The notes under the pieces are model-generated. The model searched no databases, was not told where the DNA came from, and was given only the letters and a program-made list of their open reading frames with translations. This document shows, in pieces, positions 15,955 through 22,530 of a DNA stretch of 32,000 nt. Position 1 is the stretch's first letter. Every line of letters begins with the position of its first letter. The translations under genes and the position numbers were made by a program. This stretch comes from Candidatus Methanophagaceae archaeon (lineage in GTDB: Archaea; Halobacteriota; Syntropharchaeia; Alkanophagales; Methanospirareceae), in assembly GCA_003194425.1 (NCBI GenBank), contig PQXB01000001.1, positions 1,082,728-1,114,727 on the forward strand, given 5' to 3'.

Positions 15955-17040
15955 CTATTTTATGCAAGCACCAACATAAATCCAAGCGTCGAGGTAACCG
16001 TCGCTCTCCTTGTTCTCTTTTATCTCGCCCTCAAACTCGCCGTTCAAAATCTCTTTCACCACCCCTGCCTCTTCTTCGCTTGAGACCGTAAAAAAGACTC
16101 GCCCACTGCCACTGCCACCGCCACTGCCACCGCCACTGCCACCGCCACCGCTCTTCAGCACCTTCGGAACTTCCCGCAGCACCTGTTCCCACTCAAGCCT
16201 GTTGAACGGCGTGAGTTTCCCGATCATAAATCCAAAGACAACCTCAAACTCCCTGCCAAAAAAGCCCGACAGCGTGGAGCAGTCCAAGACAACGCTCCTC
16301 TTCGGCTCCAAGACGCCCTCTTCCAAACCCTTGCAAACCTCGCACTCGTTTACGTCCGCGGTAACAGGAAAAATGTCCAACTCGTGCAGTGCAACCGTCC
16401 CGCCGCCCTCGCCGCACCCAATCTCAAGCGTCTTCGCATTTTTTAGGTCTGCACCGCTACCCTCCCCTAAAAATTCGGTTAGCGCCTTCTTTAACGCCTC
16501 TGTCCTCTCTCGTGGGTAGAATCCCGCGTCCACTGACTCTGACTCAAAACCCGAACCGCAGTCGCAGAACAGCCGGTTCACTAAACCAACCGAGTAAAAC
16601 TCAAGAACACCCTCACGAAATCTCTCCCACTCTACCTCTACTTCCCTTTCCTTCTCCTTTCCTTTCTCCTTTCCCTTCTCCTTTCCCTTCTCCTTTCCTT
16701 TCTCCTTTCCCTTCTCCTTTCCCTTCTCCCTTCCCTTCTCCCCTTCGCCCTCCGCACTTACCAAGCCCGCAAGCGCCTCAAAATCTCTCTTCCTCTCGCG
16801 GTCTGCGGTAAAATCTGTAAAGACGATCCAGAAGCCCAGGCTCTTGTCGTAAGTTGCAATTCCAATCAACTCCTTCTCAACCGAGTCCTTGCCGCCTGCA
16901 AAAATCCTAACCACCTCTGCTACGTCCTCTGCTTTGACTTTACGCAAATATTCAAGTGTTCTGCCGATTCCTTTTTGGTTTGCGTAACTCGGCTCTACCA
17001 GCATAAAATCGCCGATTCCCAACAGCTCGCTCAGTTCCAT
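15955..17040 (-). CDS. Class I SAM-dependent methyltransferase-like protein with unknown N-terminal domain
   Basis: Motif I-like TLEIGCGEGGGT followed by an acidic-loop segment. Two large low-complexity inserts ((GKEK)n, (GGGS)n). The N-terminal ~95 aa match nothing I recognise. Confidence 0.55.
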   Translation of the reverse strand: MELSELLGIGDFMLVEPSYANQKGIGRTLEYLRKVKAEDVAEVVRIFAGGKDSVEKELIGIATYDKSLGFWIVFTDFTADRERKRDFEALAGLVSAEGEGEKGREKGKEKGKEKGKEKGKEKGKEKGKEKEREVEVEWERFREGVLEFYSVGLVNRLFCDCGSGFESESVDAGFYPRERTEALKKALTEFLGEGSGADLKNAKTLEIGCGEGGGTVALHELDIFPVTADVNECEVCKGLEEGVLEPKRSVVLDCSTLSGFFGREFEVVFGFMIGKLTPFNRLEWEQVLREVPKVLKSGGGGSGGGSGGGSGSGRVFFTVSSEEEAGVVKEILNGEFEGEIKENKESDGYLDAWIYVGACIK

Positions 17041-17069
17041 TTCCTCTCTTCAACTCTTCTTCATTCTTC

Positions 17070-18197
17070 TCAATCACGACCGAAAGACGAAACTAACCTT
17101 CTCTGTCCAAAACGACACACCGGGTCTTCTGCCAAATAATCGCCCGAAACGGCGTAGGCTCTTGACCTGCAGCCGCCGCAGATTTGCTTGTATTTGCAGG
17201 CGGCACACTGCCCCTTCTCCACCCGCGCCCGCAGAGCCTTGAACATTTCCGAGTTGCGGACAATCTCCAAGAAACTCGCCTCTCGAATGTTCCCCGCTTT
17301 TGCGGGCAAGTAGGCACACGGCGTTACATCGCCGTTTGGAAATATGTGAAACCGCGTAATTCCTGCGGTGCAGCCCGTGAACCTCCGTCCCTGCTCACGA
17401 CTCACAAGCCCCTTGTCCCACAGAAACGCCCAGTACTGCGGGTTGCAAATTGGCTTTAGCCAGACCTTCGTCCCTTTCTGCCACTCTGTCACATCTTCAA
17501 AGAACCGCGTGTTCTCGTCGGTGCTCAAGCAAGCCTCCGAAATCTGCTTTCCGCGACCAACGGCGATTAAATAAATGAGGTAAATTCGCCAAACCCCCAA
17601 ATCGTCTGCAAGCCTGATTATTTTCGGAATCTCGCTGTAGTTGTCCCTCGTCACCATCGTGAAGAGTTGCACTCCAAGCCCCGCCGCCTTGCACGCGTTC
17701 ACCCCCCGCAGCACGCCTTCAAAAGCACCCTCAACACCGCGAAAATCGTCGTGTGCCTTCCCAATTCCGTCAATGCTTACCGCAGCACGCTCCAGTCCCG
17801 CCTTCTTCAACCGCTCTGCGACCGCCCTTGTTATCAGCGTCCCGTTCGTCGCCATCACGACCTGCATTTCAAAGGACGGCGAGGCTGCGTACTCGATGAG
17901 TTCGTAAATGTCGTCCCGCAGCAGCGGTTCGCCGCCTGTAAATGCGAACTTAACAGGTCCGAGTTTCGCGGCTTCCTCAATGAGTCCGAAGCCCTCCTCG
18001 GTCGTGAGTTCCGCAGGATCCTCTTCGCTGATTGAGCAGTGTTTGCACCGCAGGTTGCACCGCTTCGTTACCGCCCACACGACCTCGCCAGGCAGGTAGC
18101 TGAAGCAGCCTGTCCCCACCGCGTCGTTCGCAAAAATCCCTCCCTCTCCGTCCATTTTCTTTCTCCCGTCTGTCCCGTTTGTCCCGCTTTTAGCCAA
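17070..18197 (-). CDS. Radical SAM / SPASM-domain protein (AhbC/AhbD/NirJ/PqqE-like maturase fold)
   Basis: C-NLR-C-KH-C radical SAM motif with GGEPLL. C-terminal Cys-rich SPASM (GQCAACKYKQICGGCRSRAY...DPVC). The track start is TTG. The ATG at 18155 (MDGEGG...) is a plausible alternative. Confidence 0.8.
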   Translation of the reverse strand: MAKSGTNGTDGRKKMDGEGGIFANDAVGTGCFSYLPGEVVWAVTKRCNLRCKHCSISEEDPAELTTEEGFGLIEEAAKLGPVKFAFTGGEPLLRDDIYELIEYAASPSFEMQVVMATNGTLITRAVAERLKKAGLERAAVSIDGIGKAHDDFRGVEGAFEGVLRGVNACKAAGLGVQLFTMVTRDNYSEIPKIIRLADDLGVWRIYLIYLIAVGRGKQISEACLSTDENTRFFEDVTEWQKGTKVWLKPICNPQYWAFLWDKGLVSREQGRRFTGCTAGITRFHIFPNGDVTPCAYLPAKAGNIREASFLEIVRNSEMFKALRARVEKGQCAACKYKQICGGCRSRAYAVSGDYLAEDPVCRFGQRRLVSSFGRD

Positions 18198-18231
18198 CAG
18201 GTCTTATAAAGAGGTTTTATTAAATAATTTT

Positions 18232-19059
18232 ATGAAATTGGCGCCAGCGGAGGTAGTCGTGGTAATCCCAACCTACAACGAAAAGAGGAACATAAAAATC
18301 CTCGTCCCACAGGTGCTAAAAGTCCTCGAGCAGAGAGCCCTCGGGCAGAGAGCCCTCGGACAGAGAGCCCTCAAGCAGAGTGAGCAGAGCGGACTCTCGG
18401 GTGGCGGTAAAATCGTCGTAGTAGACGACAACAGCCCCGACGGAACCGCGGAAGCAGTCAAGGAGTGGACGAGGAGGTGCGAAAATGTGTTCTTGCTGAG
18501 CAGGAAAGAAAAAGGTGGTTTGGGGTCGGCGTACGTCGTGGGGTTCAAGTTCGCGATTGAGCGGCTGCGTGCGGGTGTTGTCTTTGAGATGGACGGGGAC
18601 TGCTCGCACGACCCAAAGGACATTCCTAGGTTCTTGGACGAGTTCAAGAGTGGCAGGAACGGCTACGACGTGGTTGTTGGCTCGCGGTACATTCGGGGCG
18701 GTGCAATTCCGAAATGGGGTCTTTACAGGAGACTGGTCAGCAGAGGCGGGAACTTCTTCGCAAGAACAGTCGCCGGCATTCCTGTGCACGACTGCACGAG
18801 CGGCTACAGAGCGATCCGGACTGCGAAGCTGAAGGAGGTCGAACTCGATGCGTTGAATGTGCAGGGCTACGCATTTCAGATTTGCCTTCTGCACGCTTTA
18901 ATCGAAAAGGGGGCGAAGGTAAAAGAGATTCCAATCGTGTTTAGCGAGCGGAGGAGCGGAGAGAGCAAACTCGGCAACGGCGACATAAAAGAGTTCTTCT
19001 TCAACTCTTTCAGGTTAAGACTGAAAAAGCATTCAAGAAAAATCAAAACAAAAAAATAA
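18232..19059 (+). CDS. GT2 family glycosyltransferase, dolichyl/polyprenyl-phosphate mannose (or glucose) synthase-like
   Basis: VVIPTYNE...VVDDNSPDGT...DGD.SHDP...GSRY...SG(Y/F)R is the Dpm1-type pattern. QRALG x3 insert. Confidence 0.8.
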   Translation: MKLAPAEVVVVIPTYNEKRNIKILVPQVLKVLEQRALGQRALGQRALKQSEQSGLSGGGKIVVVDDNSPDGTAEAVKEWTRRCENVFLLSRKEKGGLGSAYVVGFKFAIERLRAGVVFEMDGDCSHDPKDIPRFLDEFKSGRNGYDVVVGSRYIRGGAIPKWGLYRRLVSRGGNFFARTVAGIPVHDCTSGYRAIRTAKLKEVELDALNVQGYAFQICLLHALIEKGAKVKEIPIVFSERRSGESKLGNGDIKEFFFNSFRLRLKKHSRKIKTKK

Positions 19060-19148
19060 AAAAGGGAGGCAAAAAAGGCAACCCTCCCCCAATCTTTTTT
19101 CTGTCCTTTTGTCTTGCTCTTGCCCCTACTCTTCTCTACTGTCTCTGG

Positions 19149-20291
19149 CTACGGCAGCTCCAGTTCCAGCAGCCCACTGCTGCTGCCTCGCAACTTCTCC
19201 TCTCCCGTTTTTATCCAAGGGTTGTCGTCGATTTCAAAGCACGCCCGGTCACTCGCAATTTCTTCGCCCGTTGTCGGATCCCTCAGCGTTCCGATAAAGC
19301 AGTACTCCCCACTCGGAATCCAAAAAGTGTACGGAATCGGGAACGGCACCGTCGCATTCCACTTGAACTCCGCTGGCATTGTAAACGCCCCCGACTGGTA
19401 AAGCAAGTCCTCGTCGTCACACGGCTTCTTTAGCCCTAACTCCAACTGCATTACCCGTGGATATTCTTCCGAACGGTTTATCGCCAACGTCATTAACACC
19501 GTCTCCCCGATTGTGTAGTTCTCCCGGTCCGTTGAAACGCTTATCATTTCCGAAAGAACCCTGACATCGTCGAACCAGAACTCTTCATTATTCTGTCCAT
19601 ACTCTGTGCCGATTAAAATATGATTCCCGTAAATCGTTGCACCAGAGTAGGACAGCTGCCAGTCCGCTGGTTCTGCTTCTCCGACTTCCCAGACTCTTGT
19701 GTGAATGTCGCCGTTCGTTAGGTGTATTTTTACATTGTACCACACATTGTTACGCTGGACTACATCTTGGTTTTCTACTAACACTTCCTTACCAATCAAT
19801 GGATCTATATAGCGTATGTCGAGATGGTCTCCATATCCCAAACCTACAAAATAGAACTTGCTCGCGTTGGAATCCGCGTAGAACCCGATGCCCATATCAG
19901 CAACATCGCCTGTTGCGTCCCCTTTCACTTTCGCTGTTATCACGACACCGTCAGGAACGGTTGTCTTTGAGACCGCTCGCCTGTATTTCTCGGAAGACCG
20001 CGTCAAGTGTGCCACCTGATTTTCTCCCTCCGCAACCACTTCCCACTCGCCAGAGACAATATTCCAACTGCTCAAGTCCCCGCTCTCGAAATCGTCCTCG
20101 AAGACCGCACCGCCTCTAACTTCTTCTGCCACTGCTGTCCCTGCAAGCAGCACTGCAACCACTGCTACTACGAGCAGGGTCGCAACCGCGACTAAACCAT
20201 TAGATTTTAGTTTCTTTTTTGTGTTCATTTTTTTGTTTTCACCTCTTAATTTTTCTTTTACTTTAACCTTTACCTTTCCTTCTTCACTCAT
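19149..20291 (-). CDS. Secreted/membrane-anchored protein with concanavalin-like (LamG/DUF1080-like) domain, function unknown
   Basis: N-terminal TM/signal (LVAVATLLVVAVVAVLLAGTAVA). FEDDFESGDLSSWNIVSGEWEVV is typical of LamG/DUF1080 openings. The real start may be the internal MNTKKK. Confidence 0.45.
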   Translation of the reverse strand: MSEEGKVKVKVKEKLRGENKKMNTKKKLKSNGLVAVATLLVVAVVAVLLAGTAVAEEVRGGAVFEDDFESGDLSSWNIVSGEWEVVAEGENQVAHLTRSSEKYRRAVSKTTVPDGVVITAKVKGDATGDVADMGIGFYADSNASKFYFVGLGYGDHLDIRYIDPLIGKEVLVENQDVVQRNNVWYNVKIHLTNGDIHTRVWEVGEAEPADWQLSYSGATIYGNHILIGTEYGQNNEEFWFDDVRVLSEMISVSTDRENYTIGETVLMTLAINRSEEYPRVMQLELGLKKPCDDEDLLYQSGAFTMPAEFKWNATVPFPIPYTFWIPSGEYCFIGTLRDPTTGEEIASDRACFEIDDNPWIKTGEEKLRGSSSGLLELELP

Positions 20292-20339
20292 TTTTCCTCC
20301 GCCTTTTTCCCTCCTCTTCTCTTTTCTGCCTGCTCTTTT

Positions 20340-20420
20340 TTCTTCTTCTGCCCTCGCCCTTTTTTGACTTGTTCTTACCGAGGGCGTTTACTTCTTTCTA
20401 CCTTTCTCTATAAAAAAGTT
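20340..20420. repeat. Repeat A, left copy (81 nt, ~77/81 identical to 21331-21411); contains a 7-bp-stem hairpin and a TATA-like tataaaaa
   Basis: Hand alignment at offset 991. Inverted repeat gccctcg (20350-20356) / cgagggc (20379-20385). Confidence 0.85.
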
Positions 20421-20445
20421 AAACCTTACTCATTCCCGAATTTAA

Positions 20446-20494
20446 ATTTTGAGCGAGTTGAGTGGATAGATTTATATAAAGCATAAACAAAATT
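20446..20494. repeat. Repeat B, left copy (49 nt, 46/49 identical to 21284-21332): remnant of a vapC 3' end
   Basis: Would encode NFERVEWIDLYKA-stop, against the intact vapC C-terminus DFERVDWINLYKP-stop. Confidence 0.8.
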
Positions 20495-20504
20495 TTGAAG
20501 GAGT

Positions 20505-20537
20505 AGAACGCTATCCAGAAGCTTCAACATTCGTTCT
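20505..20537. promoter_or_regulatory. Nested palindrome upstream of vapB (possible antitoxin operator)
   Basis: agaacg-N7-gaagcttc-N6-cgttct, about 55 nt upstream of the vapB ATG. A ggagg Shine-Dalgarno-like element follows. Confidence 0.35.
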
Positions 20538-20591
20538 TTTAGCACTTGGTGTTAGCAGGATTAAATAGGAATAGGAGGAAGTGGAAGTAAA

Positions 20592-20822
20592 ATGGAAAAA
20601 GTAGTAGAGAAGATAAAATTAGGTAATGAGATAAAACTATCAAAAGAAGCTTTGGAAGCACTTGGAGTAAAAATCGGTGAGGAGATAATTTTAATGATTA
20701 AAGGCAGAGAAGTAGTGATAAAACCGGCTAAAAGTATCATTGACGAAGTTGCAGGTGCTGCTGAGTTAGAGGACACCGAGTTAATAGACAAAATAATAGA
20801 AGATACCGAATTTAAGAGGTAA
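20592..20822 (+). CDS. vapB: AbrB/SpoVT-fold antitoxin (VapB-like)
   Basis: 76 aa. KLGNEIKLSKEALEALGVKIGEEIILMIKGREVVIKP is a SpoVT/AbrB swapped-hairpin pattern. Lies 10 nt upstream of a PIN gene. Confidence 0.75.
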   Translation: MEKVVEKIKLGNEIKLSKEALEALGVKIGEEIILMIKGREVVIKPAKSIIDEVAGAAELEDTELIDKIIEDTEFKR

Positions 20823-20832
20823 AAACTGAAAA

Positions 20833-21324
20833 ATGAGATTAGAAGATGTTCATCGAGGAGAGCGAATATTCATAGACACGAATATATTTACATATTTACT
20901 CGTCAAGGATAAGAGATACATTAATTCTGTAAAATCCTTCTTGAAAAAGGTGGAAGGAGGTTTTTACACGGGTTTCTTCAACTTGACGGTCTTTGACGAG
21001 ACTTCGTTTAACTTTATTAAATTAAAAGTGATTAAGAAGTATGGAATAAAAAGGGGAGAGTTTAGCGACTTTTATAAGCAAAATCCGAATTTGGTGCGAG
21101 AAATAGACTTTGAACCGGTTTTAAAGCTTTTTTCAATTGATAATCTCAATCTTTTAACGCCTAAACTAATCCTGGAGCTGGTAACAGAGTTTTCGAGCGA
21201 ACACGCTTTACTACCTGCGGATGCAATCATTTTGGCGACGATGAAAGAGCACAGCATAGTAAATCTCGCCTCGAACGACCACGATTTTGAGCGAGTTGAT
21301 TGGATAAATTTATATAAACCATAA
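20833..21324 (+). CDS. vapC: PIN-domain ribonuclease toxin (VapC-like)
   Basis: IFIDTNIF near the N-terminus, DAIILATM and NDHDF near the C-terminus supply the PIN acidic residues. Confidence 0.8.
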   Translation: MRLEDVHRGERIFIDTNIFTYLLVKDKRYINSVKSFLKKVEGGFYTGFFNLTVFDETSFNFIKLKVIKKYGIKRGEFSDFYKQNPNLVREIDFEPVLKLFSIDNLNLLTPKLILELVTEFSSEHALLPADAIILATMKEHSIVNLASNDHDFERVDWINLYKP

Positions 21325-21332
21325 ACAAAATT
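21284..21332. repeat. Repeat B, right copy (intact vapC 3' end)
   Basis: See 20446-20494. Confidence 0.8.
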
Positions 21333-21411
21333 CTTCTTCTGCCCTCGCCCTTTTTTGACTTGTTCTTACCGAGGGCATTTACTTCTTACTACCTCTCTCT
21401 ATAAAAAGGTT
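21331..21411. repeat. Repeat A, right copy, abutting repeat B
   Basis: See 20340-20420. Same hairpin (gccctcg/cgagggc) and tataaaaa element. Confidence 0.85.
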
Positions 21412-21418
21412 CAATTTT

Positions 21419-21628
21419 TTATTTATTCGCCAACGGCTTTTGACTCAATATCGGCGTCAAGAACCCAATTACCGTCCTCGAAGCGTCCAATATCTCTATC
21501 TTCACCAACCGCCCCTCCCTCGTGTAATGCAAAATCATCTCCTCTCCCGCCGCCTCGCCGTAATCAGGCTTCTCTTCGCTTATTCTTATGTCCAACGCAT
21601 CCGCATCAGCGTAGTATTTTATCTTCAT
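21419..21628 (-). CDS. DUF2283-family antitoxin-like protein
   Basis: MKIKYYADADALDIRISEEKPDYGE...LVKIEILDAS is the DUF2283 pattern. ATG at 21628 preferred over the GTG at 21637. Preceded by aggtgg. Confidence 0.7.
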   Translation of the reverse strand: MKIKYYADADALDIRISEEKPDYGEAAGEEMILHYTREGRLVKIEILDASRTVIGFLTPILSQKPLANK

Positions 21629-21630
21629 AG

Positions 21631-21713
21631 ATTCCACCTCTAAAATATCTTATTCACCTGGGCGACATAAAAATTCCACCTCTGAAATATCTATTCACCT
21701 GGGCGACATAAAA
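21631..21713. repeat. 42/41-nt tandem duplication at the toxin-antitoxin junction
   Basis: attccacctct(a/g)aaatatct(t)attcacctgggcgacataaaa x2. The duplication contains the original toxin stop and the antitoxin ribosome-binding region. Confidence 0.85.
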
Positions 21714-22010
21714 AGTTATCACAACAACCGTCTCCCCCTCGTACTCATAAACTACTCTCGCCAAATGCCGATTCAGTCTTTTATGCGCGATGAAACGATT
21801 CCCGTGTCCTCTTACAACTTCTTCGGAGCAGAGAAGGAAATTCACGAGCTCGTCTACCGAGAAATTATAATCCTCTGCCCCGTCCAAAGCGTGCCAAGTC
21901 AGCACCACACGAAAAACGCCTCTCTCTGCTTTGACCTCTAATCGCTTGCCTCTTGGTGCGTCGGTGGAGTTGATAATTTTTATCCTCTCGCCTCCCACTC
22001 TTTCCACCAT
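21654..22010 (-). CDS. DUF4258-family toxin-like protein
   Basis: TWHALDGAEDYNFSVDELVNFLL...RVVYEYEGETVVVITFY matches the DUF4258 layout (H-A-L-x-R/G ... VITVY). Paired with DUF2283 downstream. Confidence 0.6.
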   Translation of the reverse strand: MVERVGGERIKIINSTDAPRGKRLEVKAERGVFRVVLTWHALDGAEDYNFSVDELVNFLLCSEEVVRGHGNRFIAHKRLNRHLARVVYEYEGETVVVITFYVAQVNRYFRGGIFMSPR

Positions 22011-22034
22011 CTCAAAACCCTTCTTTAAAACTTT

Positions 22035-22217
22035 TCATACATCTTCCTGTCGTCTGTCATCAGCCTTGCGCCCGCAACTTCCGCACAACTCCTTCTCCCT
22101 CATTTCTCTGACGACCTCCGTTGTGTCCTCATAATCAACCATTTTCTCACTTATTTTTCTAATCACCTCCTCAAGTCTCACTCGCACCCCTCCCTTCTCC
22201 GTCTTCCAGAATTTCAT
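22035..22217 (-). CDS. Small hypothetical protein (60 aa)
   Basis: ORF only. Same strand as the TA pair and immediately upstream of it. No family recognised. Confidence 0.3.
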   Translation of the reverse strand: MKFWKTEKGGVRVRLEEVIRKISEKMVDYEDTTEVVREMREKELCGSCGRKADDRRQEDV

Positions 22218-22301
22218 CGAATCGAAAGGAACAATTTAAAAGTTTCACACTGCCGTCTCTTATTCGGAGAGGAGACAACTCAAAATGGAAAGCCTAAAAA
22301 G

Positions 22302-22428
22302 AGGCACAGCAGCGATCCCCAGTTCCCAAGTGCTCGCGCAACTCAGTACCGTAGGGAACGCTGGCGGGCTTATCTGCCGGGTTCGGAATGAGACCGGGAG
22401 TTGCCCCGCCGCTGTGGCCGCTGTGCCC
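22302..22428 (-). rRNA. rrf: 5S ribosomal RNA (stand-alone gene)
   Basis: Minus strand reads GGGCACAGCGGCCACAGCGGCGGGGCAACUCCCGGUCUCAUUCCGAACCCGGCAGAUAAGCCCGCCAGCGUUCCCUACGGUACUG...GGGAUCGCUGCUGUGCCUC. It has the conserved CCGAACCCGG..A.AAGCC core and complementary termini (GGCACAGC/GCUGUGCC), and is followed by oligo-T. Ends are +/- 3 nt. Confidence 0.9.
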
Positions 22429-22450
22429 TTTTATGTGTTTTATTTTGCTA

Positions 22451-22460
22451 CTTAAAAAGG
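22451..22460 (-). promoter_or_regulatory. TATA box for the 5S rRNA gene
   Basis: Minus-strand tttttaag is centred ~26-27 nt upstream of the predicted 5S 5' end. Confidence 0.5.
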
Positions 22461-22530
22461 TAGTTGAAATTTCTTTAAAAATAGTTGAAATATTCCAAAA
22501 AAGAGGGAATAAAGGGAGAGAAAGAGGGAA

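Noticed and set aside
14946-16091. 381-aa plus-strand ORF, with similar long antisense ORFs at 1479-2222, 3204-4049, 27980-28675 and 18316-18894
   Set aside because: All lie opposite well-supported genes (ycaO, cbiQ, cbiM, cdhC, GT2). They are Arg/Ser/Pro-rich with no motifs, which is the typical shadow-ORF pattern in G+C-rich coding DNA.
16642-16745. Regular short repeats that could suggest a CRISPR array (also 10002-10088 and 14638-14683)
   Set aside because: Units are 9-29 nt, directly abutting with no unique spacers. Most are in-frame inside CDSs. No cas genes are present. These are tandem repeats, not CRISPR.
22380-22402. gggttcggaatgagaccggg looked like a tRNA T-arm
   Set aside because: It is the conserved CCGAACCC loop region of the 5S rRNA on the opposite strand. 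No cloverleaf can be drawn around it.
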